Counted from the stretch's first letter, positions 26,257 to 41,523 are shown. The stretch: 64,000 nucleotides of DNA from Octopus vulgaris (GCA_951406725.2 OX597819.1:3100001-3164000), one strand, 5' to 3'. Notes: a model not told the origin generated them from the sequence alone. Translations and numbers: made by a program.

Positions 26257-26671
26257 TCCTTTCTGTTGTAGGCACCAGACCTGAAATTTTGAGGGAGGGG
26301 ATAGTTGATTACATTGACTCTAGTGTTCAGCTAGTACTAATCTTACCAACCACAAAAATATGACTGGCAGAATGTAAACTCAGAATGTAAAGATCTGGAA
26401 GAAATATCTAGTGGCATTGTTGCTCAATGCTCTAAGGATTCTGCAAGTATGTCCTCCAAATAATAATAATCCTTTCTACTATAAGCACAAAGGCTGAAAT
26501 TTTGTAGGATGGGGCTAGCCAATCACATCGGCTCCAGTGTTTAAATGCTACTTATTTTATTGACTCCAAAAGGATGAAAGGCAAAGCCGACCTCAGTGGA
26601 ATGTGAACCCAAAACATAAAGACAGACAAAAACATTTTGTCTGGTATGTTAATGATTCTGCCAGGTTGCTT

Positions 26672-26705
<34 letters not shown>

Positions 26706-26912
26706 CCTTTCTGCTAAAGGCACAAGGCCAGCAATTTTAGGGTAGAGAGTAAGTGGATTATATCATATGCAGTGTTCAACTGGTACTTATTTTATTGACC
26801 CTGGAAGGATGAAAGGCAAAGTCAGTCTCAGTGGAAATTGAACTGAGACCATAAAGATGGATGAAATGCTGCTAAGCATTTTACCTGGCATTTTACCTGC
26901 CAGCTCACTATC
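26257..26912 (-). mobile_element. Three tandem family-D SINEs separated by (AAT)n
   Basis: Units start TCCTTTCT at ~26257, ~26470 and ~26705. Each is the reverse complement of 1988-2196. Confidence 0.8.
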
Positions 26913-27522
26913 TTAATAATAATAATATACATACTGACCCCCTACTATTTCATTCCCTGTAGATTATCTGCTTCCATCATGGTGCCTACAGAAACTACTT
27001 TTCCACAGGTACAATTATGTCCAGGATTATAGTTGAGGATAACTCTCTACCACTGCTTATGTCTAATATGTTTATATCCTAGGTTTACCCCCTGTTTTCA
27101 TCTTACTCTTTGAGTATTTTGCTTGGCCTGATATCATTGAGGGATTTCATAGGGTTTACGTTACTTGTCTGGCAGCATTTTGTTGTAGGACAGCACCTCT
27201 TGTTAACTAAATGTCTCTAGTTTATCTGCAACCAGTCTATTCACAGTGAACCTCACATTAAGCTAATTTCAAGTCTTCTGTGCATTTTGCAGGAGAGATC
27301 ATTATATGAGTTTGGCATCTTATTCTATGCTTTATGTATTCATAACAAGGAAGACTATATTAGGTTATGACTGTAATTTGAACTTGCATCTGGAAAATTT
27401 GAGTACCCGGTCACAAATTAGTTGATATATCATTTTTTAACAGCTGAAGAGCTCTACGACTATGAACAGTAACTCTAATGTTGTAGAACTTCTGTGATTA
27501 TTGCAGATATATATATATATGT

Positions 27523-27570
<48 letters not shown>

Positions 27571-27572
27571 CG

Positions 27573-27604
<32 letters not shown>

Positions 27605-27717
27605 AAGTGAGACTGGTGCCTATGAGAAAGCTTTCAATGAGGAGCAAGCATAGGTAAAACTGTACAGCACAGTTTCAGCAGTGTGGTGGCAGAGAAGAAA
27701 AAAAACAAAAAAACACT

Positions 27718-27930
27718 AGAAGTGGCTGTGTGGTAAGTAGCTTGCTTACCAACCACATGATTCTGGGTTTAGTTCCACTGTGTAGCACCTTGGGAAAGTG
27801 TCTTCTACTATAGCCTCAGGCTGATCAAAGCTTTGTGATTGGATTTGGTAGATGGAAACTGAAAGAAGCCCATTGTATATATATATATTTATTTATTTAT
27901 ATATTAATGTGTGTGTGTATGTGTGTGTGT

Positions 27931-27966
<36 letters not shown>

Positions 27967-28150
27967 TTGTGTGTCTGTGTTCGTCCCTCTCACCATTGCT
28001 TGACAACTGATGTTGATGTGTAAAAGAGATCGATAGAATAAGTACTAGGCTTTCAAAGAATAAGTCCTGGGGTCTATTTGTTCGACTAAAGGCAGTGCTC
28101 CAGCATGGCTGCAGTCAAATGACTGAAACAAGTAAAAGAATAAAAGAATA
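27718..28150 (+). mobile_element. Full-length CORE-type tRNA SINE with CR1-type tail
   Basis: Same family as 8066-8424. Confidence 0.9.
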
Positions 28151-31100
28151 CATCTGAAAATTAGCGGCAAGAAGCTAGAAATACACATATGTACAAAACC
28201 TACCTATAATATAAATTAGATATATGGTAATCTCCTTTTCATTGTACTCAGATTTTCTATGATGCTTGTTTATGACCAACACTTAATTTCTGATACTTTC
28301 AGATTAAATCTAGCATTCATCTTTTTTTATGAACTAAATTCCACTCATCCCCAGATGATATCATTGTAATAAAGAACCAAAAATCTTTTAACATTTAGGA
28401 AAGATTCAGGTAGGCAGACTGGCTGGTGAAATAAACCTACCTATACATCTAGATACACTTTATATTTGAAGTTCACAAAATGCTAAATACAATTACTCAA
28501 CTTTTACTTGCTAGTTTCAAAAGCTTGTTTTATTGAAATTTTTACCATTTATTTATTCTTTATATTAGGAAAAGGCATAACAGAGTTAGACTGATACTTT
28601 ACAAACTGTAAAATCTGGTCCTAGTTTATTGTTAAATTTTCATAAGCCAATAAATTAGGCTATAACAGATGTGTAATAGTTTTCTGTTTGGTATGTTTTC
28701 AGTTCAATGATCTTTCATAAATCCTTATAAATAAAGATGTTGGAGATTACAATATTGTTTCTCCTTAATTTCTGGAGTTTTGACTTGTTACCGAATAACT
28801 ACACAATATGTTATATGACAAAATATCAAAGATATATTCAACAAATAACCAACTCAATTGTTGTCAAAACTGAAAAGATAGATATTTCTTGATTGTGTGA
28901 CAAAGAACTTCTAGGTGTGTTACTGAATGCACTATTGAATATATGTTTCACAGAATAGTCATCATAACTGAAAAGGTTATGTTGAAATGTTTGAATTTCA
29001 AGCTTGAATGACTACATTGAAATTTATAAAGGTATTTCACACAGAAATATTCAAACAAGTGTAGAAAATCAACTCTGGCTTCAAAATACAATATTTGAAA
29101 TTATACTCCAATCACTAACTGGAAATATAAAATGTTGTTACTCAGAACATTTTAAAATAATTTGTGATGCGACCTGACATATGACTGGCGCTTACAGTTT
29201 ATGAGAACATCCCCATATAATCTTTTGCATAGCCTACTTTTATCTGCTTTGTTCGGTTCAACTAAAGGTTACTGTTTATTATTTCCTCTAAAGTCATAGA
29301 TAACCAATTCTCAGTATAAAATAAATACCATTTTTAAATGTTAACTGGATTCTAAATGAACAATCTGACATTTATAGACATACTCTGTTTATTCTCCAAA
29401 AATGTTTTATACTACAGTATTAGGGGGAATCCAGGGTGTGTAATTTTCATTTTGATGTAAGTAGTTTAGTGTAATTATTTATTAGAGTATTTGAATGCTG
29501 TAAAATATTGAGATTTAAAATAAAACTTTGAACAACTATGATTTAATATAAGTACACTGTAGATATATTTCATTTACCAAACATGTTTCAGTGGAAAAAT
29601 GCACTTGGGCATTTTTCTTATTTCATAAATGTTATGTGTGGATGTATAGTACAAAGTAGGTTACTTTTGTAAAATGGTAAGGTTTGGCAATATAATAGTA
29701 GTCTCAATAACATAGTTGAGAGTGGTTGTGAAAGCTTTATTGTTCACTGTCCTGATTTCATATTATGACAAGATCAATTGTGCTTCTCATTTCACTGAAC
29801 TTGATATTAAAAAATACTAGTGATATACTGTGGTTAATTTAAAGAACTTGTCTTGTAAATAAAAACTAGCTCTAATATATAAATTTTGATATACTAATTT
29901 AATTAACTAGTCTCCAATATAAAATAAACAAAAACTGATTTTAATATATAAAAAGAGCACCGTGCTCAATTAAAAGTTAGTATTGTCACTTTTATAATAA
30001 TAGTAATAATAATAGCAACAATGTTTTACAAGAAGGGTGAGTAGAAAGTGGGGAGGGTTTTGGTTTTCCATGAACCATTAGTGATAAAATGAACAGAGTT
30101 GCAACTGGATTTGAGACTTAGTTTGCTGAGATCTCACGGACAAACACATCATTATTAACATCAATAAATATCATTACTAGTACTGCATTTTGACTTAAGT
30201 TATTGCTTAGTATGTTGTCTTCATTAACTCTTCCATTAGCACAGTCAAAATTGATTGTTTTGCCATATATGGGGAGATGTAAGTCCAGCTACAAATAAGA
30301 ATAATGCATCTGAAATGTTGGTTGAAATATTGAACCAAATCACCTGAAGGTACAAGTTAACAGTTTCAACCTTGGCTTTTGTTTGCTTAAAACAGTATCT
30401 TTCTTATATTGTATTCACTGACTATGAAGCAGTCCTGCAGGTTTATTATGTAAGTTGTTTGCCATTGTTCATAACTTTTATTTAATCTTCAATAGCACGT
30501 TGTGAATTTTATTTTATTCCCAACAACCTTAATCCATATGGCAGTTTTGGGTAGCCTAGCTTTGTTTCTCCATGTAACAATGATTTGTCGAGTATTTCAT
30601 ATTTATAAAAATTTAAATAATATTTCCAAATATGTGAAGATAGAGAAATATACCTAATACTCTTAACTAACATAAAAGATTGGCCCACCAGAGCTATATC
30701 TGAGTCTGATTTACTTCCTATGACATATGTTCTTAAAAACCTTTTCAAGGCCCAATTGCATTACAATTTCTGTGAGAGAATTATCTGAGTACTTTTGTAA
30801 GAAATATTATTGATTCTAGATTTGAGAACATTGTGTTTTCTCTTGATAAAGCTTCTATGTACAACTTAATACACTAAAACAACATAACATTATGACTAGA
30901 AGCTGTTTTTTGAAATTGTGAGTCTATTCTATAGGAGTTATTAATAACATCTAAAACCATTTCTACTTGGTGGGAAAGTCATTATGAGAGAGGTTTATGC
31001 ATGTCAAACATGCAATGACCTTTAAGTTTTCTGCTAGAACTAGTTTTGCATCAGAATAGCTATCAAACCATTCAAAAAAATCTGTTCAAAATCTGACCCA

Positions 31101-31430
31101 ATGTTATTAGCATTAAAAAATATCTACAATTCTATCCATTATTTCTGATTATGTAATAGGAAGGAATATCCAAATTGACTTGATTTGTTCTATTTATCTT
31201 AATGAAAAGAAAACAGTCACAATATTGCTCTTTGTTTTAATAACAATCTGATTGACTTTGGTCTTTGTTTGTGCAAAAGAATGCAATGGTCAAATTGACA
31301 AAGATTCAGCCATGTTAATAAAAATGAATCACAGATTTTTTTTTTTCCAAATAGATAGACTGTATTGCTTGCAAGTTTAACTTTACTGATTGCTATTATA
31401 AAAATATTTAGACTAGGAATATTACATATA

Positions 31431-32441
<1,011 letters not shown>

Positions 32442-32443
<2 letters not shown>

Positions 32444-32940
32444 TCATCATCATCATCATCATCATTTAGCGTTTGCTTTCCATGCTAGCATGGGTTGGAC
32501 GGTTCAACTGGGGTCTGTGAAGCTGCAAGGCTTCGTCAGGCCCAGTCAGATCTGGCAGTCTTTCTACGGCTGGATGCCCTTCCTAACGCCAACCACTCCG
32601 TGAGTGTAGTGGGTGCTTTTTACGTGCCACCTGCACAGGTGCCAGACAGAGCTGGCACACGGCCATGAACGGATGGTGCTTTTATGTGTCACCGGCACGG
32701 GGCCAGGCGATGCTGGCAACGGACACGAACGGATGGTGCTTTGACGTGCCACCGACATGGGGCCAGACAGAGCTGGCAAACGGCCACGAACGGATGGTGC
32801 TTTTACGTGTCACCGGCACGGGGGCCAGGCGAGGCTGGCAACGGACACGAACAGATGGTGCTTTTACGTGCCACCGACACGGGGCCAGGCAGAGCTGGCA
32901 AACGGCCACGAACGGATGGTGCTTTTACGTGTCACCGGCA
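32442..32940 (-). mobile_element. RTE 3'-tail fragment with expanded ~60-bp internal tandem repeat
   Basis: (CAT)n plus RTE tail, then about 5.4 units beginning GTGCTTTTACGTG. Confidence 0.85.
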
Positions 32941-33000
32941 TATATATATATATATATATTTATGCATATATATATGCATAAATATATATATGCATTTATA

Positions 33001-33041
<41 letters not shown>

Positions 33042-33176
33042 GCATATATATGCATAAATATATATATGCATTTATATGCATATATATATATATGCATATA
33101 TATGCATAAATATATATATGCATTTATATGCATATATATATATATGCATATATATATATATATATATGCAATTATA

Positions 33177-33216
<40 letters not shown>

Positions 33217-33222
33217 ATTATA

Positions 33223-33261
<39 letters not shown>

Positions 33262-33362
33262 TATATGCATATATATATATATATATGCATATATATATAT
33301 ATGCATTTATATGCATATATATATATATATATATATTATATATGCATATATATATATATATA

Positions 33363-33410
<48 letters not shown>
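32941..33410. repeat. (TA)n tract punctuated by TTATGCA
   Basis: Read directly. Confidence 0.95.
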
Positions 33411-33414
<4 letters not shown>

Positions 33415-33888
33415 TTTGTTGTGCAAGATTTTTTATGTGAAGTCGTGTGTTGAAACAGATATTGTTATATTTCGGAATGGTCATATTGCCAGTTTAGCCA
33501 ATAAAAACACACGCACTATATATTTGGTGTTATTTTGCTTCAGTGATATTTATTTTTTACATTAATCTTAATCTTATTTCGGCCAAAGTTCTTTCGTCAC
33601 ACTCCTGTGACCGCATCAGTGGTCCTTTGTTTTCTTCTCACTTATTTGTATCTCTCCTTACTAACCGTCAGCCATTTTGTATTTCTATTGGATGTCTTCA
33701 TTTGCGCATGCTTATATCTCTATGTGCGTCTATGTTTATTTAGTGTGTGTGTGTGTGTGGGGGATGCCTGTAATATTTGTATCTTCTGTTTATATACATT
33801 CTTGTAATTTGTATTTTGTTTTTTGTTGTTGTTGCTTTTGTTCTAATTTTGTTCATGTGTTTATCTAATACTACTTATTAGTATTTTG

Positions 33889-34465
<577 letters not shown>

Positions 34466-34520
34466 AGTGAATGGAAGAAATGGAGTTGAACGAAGATTGT
34501 ACAGAATTCCTTTTATTACA

Positions 34521-34600
34521 TTCTACACATGTTTCAAAGGCCACAAATTTCCAAATTCTTATTAAATAAGGGTACCATATTGTGGCTTTCTCTTCAGGAA
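34521..34600 (-). ncRNA. Minimal type-I hammerhead ribozyme motif (Penelope-like)
   Basis: Minus strand: TTC-CTGAAGA-GAAAGCCACAA(loop)TTGTGGCCTTT-GAAA-CATGTG-TA-GAA. Stem II is 11 bp with one mismatch. Confidence 0.7.
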
Positions 34601-34780
34601 AAAACCGGAATTCCGTTGACAGAACAAAACAAAAACAAAACAGAGGCGCAGCAACGCAATTCGAACGAGGACGCTCCTTAAGAGCCCATGGCTGAACTGT
34701 TTTTCTGCTGTGATTTTTGCTACCCAGGTATCGGTTAAACTTTTGAATAATCTGTAACAAGAAAATTCATCTTTCTATTT

Positions 34781-34826
<46 letters not shown>

Positions 34827-34859
34827 ATCTCTCTCTCTCTATATATATATATACACACA

Positions 34860-36622
34860 AAAACAAAAACAGGATCCCTAGAGAAAGGAAGATTCTTATG
34901 AGACGATGGACAAGGATTGCGAACTGCCTGAGCGAGCACACCAAAAGTGGTGAGAAGTCTCGGCTCGAGAGAATGCTAATGGAAATTGAGAAAAGTTTGC
35001 ATCAGTCCCATGAAAAGGAGAGAGCAGATAAAGAAGCTTGGGTAATAGAAAATATAAAGTCAAACCCTAAAGCTTTCTTTAAGTTTGCCAAAGAGACAGC
35101 CACAGTGCACCAGAGAATAGGACCTCTCTTCCAAAAAGATGGCTCTCTCACAGGAAATCCCACGAGGATAAGTGAAATACTGAACAAACAGTTCCAAAGT
35201 GTGTTCACTACACCTCTAGGATACAGGCAAGTAAATAACCCTGAAGAATTCTTTGCCACTTTACCTGCAGCCAAAGAGGCAAAAATTGAGTACATCAACA
35301 TTGAAGATGATGATATCACACTCGCCATAGATGAGATTGACACAAACTCAGCTGCTGGACCTGATGGATTTCCAGCGATCCTTCTCAAATCGTGCAAATG
35401 AGCCCTTGCAAAACCACTACAGCTTCTTTTTCAGAGCTTTCTTGCAAGTGGTAAGCTCCCAGTCAAATTGAAAGAGGGGGTAATATGCCCTATCCATAAG
35501 GGAGGTAGCAGAGCAGATGCTAAAAATTATAGGCCTATCTCTCTGACCTCACACATCAGCAAAGTCATGGAACGAATAGTCCACAAGAAACTAATCATGT
35601 TCCTTGAAGAAAATGACTTGATGACTGACACCCAGTATGGATTTCGACCAGGTAGAAGCTGCCTAACACAGCTCCTGCAACACTATGACTGGGTGTTAAA
35701 ACAGCTACTACATGGCTCAAATGTGGATGTGATATATCTCGACTTTGCAAAAGCCTTTGATAAAGTCAACCATGGTATGATTTGTCACAAACTGCATGGT
35801 CTCGGCATAGGCGGAAAACTTGGAGAGTGGCTGCACAACTTCCTAAAAGATACAAGGCAGGCAGTTGTGGCCAATGGAGCTACCTCCAAGGAAACACAAA
35901 TAACAAGCAGTGTTCCACAGGGCACTGTCTTGGGGCCACTGCTGTTTATAGTGGCCCTTTCAGACATGCCTTCAGTTGCTACGATGACCACCCTTGCTAG
36001 CTATGCAGATGACACAAAAGTCTCCCACACAATACAAAACCCTGGAAATATTGCGCATCTGCAACAGGAGTTGGATACAATATACAGGTGGGCTGAGGAC
36101 AACAACATGCAGTTTAATGCATGGAAGTTCCAGGCCCTGCACTACCGGCACACAAAGGTAAACGACATGCAAACTGGATACACTGGCCCGGGAAGAATTG
36201 CAATCCCTGAGTGAAAATCAGTGTGTGACCTGGGCATTGACATGAGCAATGATGCATCTTTCCAAGTGCATATTACTAATCTGGTGATAAAATGCAGACG
36301 GCTAGCTGGATGGATTCTCCAAACTTTCAGAACAAGAGAGAAAGAGACACTGTGGAAGGAGACACTGTGGAAAACTTTCGTCCTCATCTGCTTGGACTAC
36401 TGCTCCCAACTATGGTCACCACACAATATAAAACTAACAGCAGAACTCGAAGCAATTCAAAGAAGCTACACTAAGAAGATCGTCTCAATGCAACATATCA
36501 GTAACTGGGAAAGACTGAAAGTTTTAAAACTTTTTTTCCTAGAACGAATGCGGGAGAGATATGCGGTGATATACATTTGGAAAATCCTGGAGGGTCTTGT
36601 ACAAAACATCTTTGAGGATTTA
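34860..36622 (+). mobile_element. CR1-clade LINE fragment, RT pseudogene, with internal 3' deletion
   Basis: IKSNPKAFF, AAGPDG, NYRPISLTS, YLDFAKAFDKV, VPQGTVLGPLLF, YADDTK and LDYCSQLWSP, with in-frame stops at ~35399 and ~36212. Confidence 0.93.
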
Positions 36623-36767
36623 TATACACACATATATATACATACATATATACACACACACACACACATATATATATATATGCAAACATATATATACATA
36701 CATATACACACACACACGCACATATATATATATATATATATGCAAACATATATATACATACATATAT

Positions 36768-36800
<33 letters not shown>

Positions 36801-37033
36801 CATATATATGCACACATATATATACATACATATACACACATATATAAATACACATATATATATATACACATATATATACACACATATATACACATACATA
36901 TATATACACATATATATACATATACACATATATACATACACATATATAGATACATATATATACACACATATATATACATACATATATACATACATATATA
37001 TACACACATATATACATACATATATATACACAC

Positions 37034-37069
<36 letters not shown>

Positions 37070-37082
37070 GTGTATGTATATA

Positions 37083-37115
<33 letters not shown>

Positions 37116-37124
37116 TTTTTTAAA

Positions 37125-38560
37125 AATTTTATTTAGTTTCAACTCACAAGCTGTGGCCATGCTGGGGCACCGCCATTTGGTGTTGCTACATGATTTTACT
37201 TCACGAATGCATTTTAGCAAATGCCATCGGGTGCATGAGAGAGTTTGATGCAGCTGCCCTCATCTGCACCTCCTGCCGTGAAGTTGGTTCATCTGGGATA
37301 CCTGACAAGAAGAGATCCAGTTTTATTTTAAAGACATCTGCATCCATCCCATGCAGGTCTCTTAGGTTCTTTGGGAGGATATTGAAGAGCTGTGGGCCTC
37401 GGAAGCTCAGGCTATCACAGTATCTTGTCCTACATCTTGATGGCAAATTTGGAGTCCTTGGCACTATGCAGTGGCGTCCAGTTCTGGTATTTGTGTAACT
37501 CTCGATGCCAAAGTTTGGGACAAGTCCTTCTAGGATCTTCCAGATGTATATTATGGCATATCTTTCTCGCCTACGCTCTAAGGAATAGAGTCTCAATCTC
37601 TTGAGTCTTTCCCTATAGCTTATATGCTGCACAGAGGCTATCTTCTTTGTGTAGCTTCGTTGGATCGCCTCAAATTCTGTGATTAACTTGACACTAGATG
37701 GTGACCATAGCTGAGAGCAATAGTCAAAGTGGCTTAGGACAAGTGTCCTCCAGAGGACCATCATGGTTTCTTGTTCTCTTGTTCTAAAGGTTCTAAGAAT
37801 CCATTCGGTCAGCCGCCTACATTTCATTGTCAATTTAGCAACATGCACATGAAAGGTTGCATCATCACTCATGTAAATACCCAGGTCTCGCACTGATTGT
37901 GCCTCTGGGATTGCAGTCCCTCCAGGTCCAGTGTATTTATTGGGTATTGCATTTAGTTTTGCATGCTGATAGTATAAAGCTTGAAACTTTTCAGCATTGA
38001 ACTGCATGCTATTCTTTTCAGCCCACTTGTATATTTTGTCCAGCTCACATTGCAGGTGCTTAGTGTCTTCAGGGTTCTGTATTGCCTGTGAAGCTTTCGT
38101 ATCATCTGCATAACTTGTGATCGTGGCTCTCTGCGTGGCTGAGAGCATGTCTGAGAGGGCCATTATGAACAGTAGTGGTCCCAGAACAGTGCCTTGCGGA
38201 ACACCGCACACTATTTGCGTGTTAATGGAAGTGGCCCCATTGGCTACTACCACCTGACTTCTATCCTTCAGAAAGTCATGAAGCCATTCTCCCAATTATC
38301 CAACTATGCCAAGATCACGCAGTTTGTGACATATCATTCCATGATCGACTTTATCAAAGGCCTTTGCAAAGTCGAGATATATGACTTCCATATGTGACTG
38401 GTTGAGCAGTCGTTTCAGCACCCAGTCTTAGTGTTGTAGGAGCTGAGTTAAGCAGCTTCTTCCTGGTCGGAAACCATGTTGGGTGTCAGGCAGCAAGTCA
38501 TTTTCTTCAAGGAAGGTGATTAGTTTCCTTCTGACTATTCGTTCCATGACATTGCTGATT
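37125..38560 (-). mobile_element. 5'-truncated CR1-clade LINE (RT C-terminal half still open, 364 aa)
   Basis: QHGFRPGRSC, YLDFAKAFDKV, GVPQGTVLGPLLF, YADDTK and LYSLERRRERY, with 3' tail GGCGGTGCCCCAGCATGGCCACAG. Confidence 0.94.
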
Positions 38561-38933
38561 ATTTCTATGTCCCTGAGCATGATACATCCTTAAGATATTT
38601 ATTGGATGGCCGTTCACTCTCAAGAGTTCCTCAGCTATATATACATATATTTTTTCATACCCGCATATACATACATATATATACATATATATACATATAG
38701 TCGCCGACGACCCGACCGTGCAACAGGTTGTACTAGGTTACATGTTACCAATATTGTACATATATTATATATATATACATATATATACTATATACATATA
38801 TATATTATATATATACACATATATATACTATATACATATATACTATATACATATATACATATATATATTATATATATATACGCATATATATACTATATAC
38901 ATATATACATATACATATCATATATGTACATAC

Positions 38934-38964
<31 letters not shown>

Positions 38965-38997
38965 CAAACTATACACACAAATACATATACACACACA

Positions 38998-39046
<49 letters not shown>

Positions 39047-39167
39047 TATATACGCATATTAATATTAGGGAAGTTATTTCCAAGTCCACGGGGGAGAGAA
39101 GTTCAATTTAGTGGTACTGAAATGAATTACTCACTGTATTATATACATATAAATAGACATATACATA

Positions 39168-39516
39168 TATATGAACTTATTTTGCTATTTACATCCTATA
39201 TAAAGGCATGACAAACTAAATTGTATAACTAGAAGTTATCGGAATAATTTTGCTTTAGTAAATAATGAACAGAAATGTGGAATAAAAATTAGGAAAAAGA
39301 AATGTTAGTAAAAAGAAATTTTAACTTATTACATTTCAAGAAGTTAAAATTTCTTTTTACTAACATTTCTTTTTACTAACATTTCTTTTTTCTATTTTTA
39401 TTCCACATTTCTGTTCATTATTTACTAAAGTAAAATTATTCCGATAACTTCTAGTTATATAATTTTAGTTTGTCATGTCTTTATATAGGAGGTAATTAGC
39501 AAAATAAGTTCATATA
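39168..39516. repeat. ~350-bp near-perfect fold-back palindrome
   Basis: ~160-bp arms (ATGAACTTATTTTGCT...AGAAATTTTAACTT and its reverse complement) around a short loop near 39330. Confidence 0.92.
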
Positions 39517-39769
39517 ATCTAGACCTGAAGATTGGCAATATAATCATTTTAATATGGCATTGTATTTGAGACCCTCTACTTCAGCAATATCAAGGAATAT
39601 GTTGTCATGAAAAATGTGTAGTCTATATAATGTAAAGTATATGATGTAGAATAAGAATTGAAGGTATGAATTTTGATAATTTTAATATTTAGTCCTATAT
39701 GTACCTGTCATGGATAATATCGTTCAATGATGATTAAGTTGCTTGAGGGTGATTCAGTCTCGTAAACGT

Positions 39770-40690
<921 letters not shown>

Positions 40691-40699
40691 ATATTGATA

Positions 40700-41523
40700 T
40701 AGATTCCAGTTCCAGCTATGAGCTGTGGCCATGCTGGGGCACCGCCATTTGGTGTTGCTACTTGGTTTTACTATATTTCTTCTAGCAACTGCTATTTGGT
40801 GCATGAGAGAGTTCGATGCAGCTGCCCTCATCTGCCCCTCCTGCCGTGAAGTATATCCAGCTTCATTTTAAAGACATACCCCATGCAGGTCTCTCAGGTA
40901 GGATATTGAAGAGCTGTGGGCCTATATCACAGAATCTTGTCCTATCTTGATGGCAGGTTTGGAGTCCTAGGCACCACGCAGTGGCGCCCAGTTCTGCATT
41001 TGTGTAACTCTCGATGCCAAAGTTCAGGACACTTCCCTCCAGGATCTTCCAGATGTATATTATGGCATATCTTTCCCGCCTACGCTCTAAGGAATAGAGT
41101 CTCAATCTCTTGAGTCTTTCCCAGTAGCTTACATTCTGCATAGAGGCTATCTTCTTTGTGTAGCTTCGTTGGATCGCCTCAAGTTCTGTGATCAACTTGA
41201 CACTGGATGGTGACCATAGCTGAGAGCAATAGTCAAAGTGGCTTAGGACAAGTGTCTTCCAGAGGACCATCATGGTTTCTTGTTCTCTTGTTCTAAAGGT
41301 TCTAAGAATCCAGCCAGCCAGCCGTCTACATTTCACTGTCAGTTTAGCAACATGTACATGAAAGGTCGCGTCATCACTCATGTGAATACCCAGGTCACGC
41401 ACTGATTGTGCCTCTGGGATTGCAATCCCTCCGGGTCCAGTGTATTCATTGGGTATTGCATTCAGTTTTGCATGCTGATAGTATAAAGCTTGAAACTTTC
41501 CAGCATTGAACTGCATGCTATTC
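40700..41523 (-). mobile_element. CR1-clade LINE 3' part, running into the gap
   Basis: Closely similar to 37150-38010, with the same tail motif at 40723-40746. Confidence 0.92.

Noticed and set aside
32613-32940. CRISPR-like repeat-spacer appearance
   Set aside because: The intervening segments are themselves repeated, the array lies in an RTE 3' UTR, the context is eukaryotic and there are no cas genes.
37201-38295. Functional reverse transcriptase gene (364-aa ORF)
   Set aside because: It is 5'-truncated, has stops immediately upstream within the RT domain and lacks an endonuclease.
39524-39580. CTGAAGA hammerhead core next to the palindrome (also one near 9080 on the minus strand)
   Set aside because: There is no correctly placed GAAA..UH with pairing stems.
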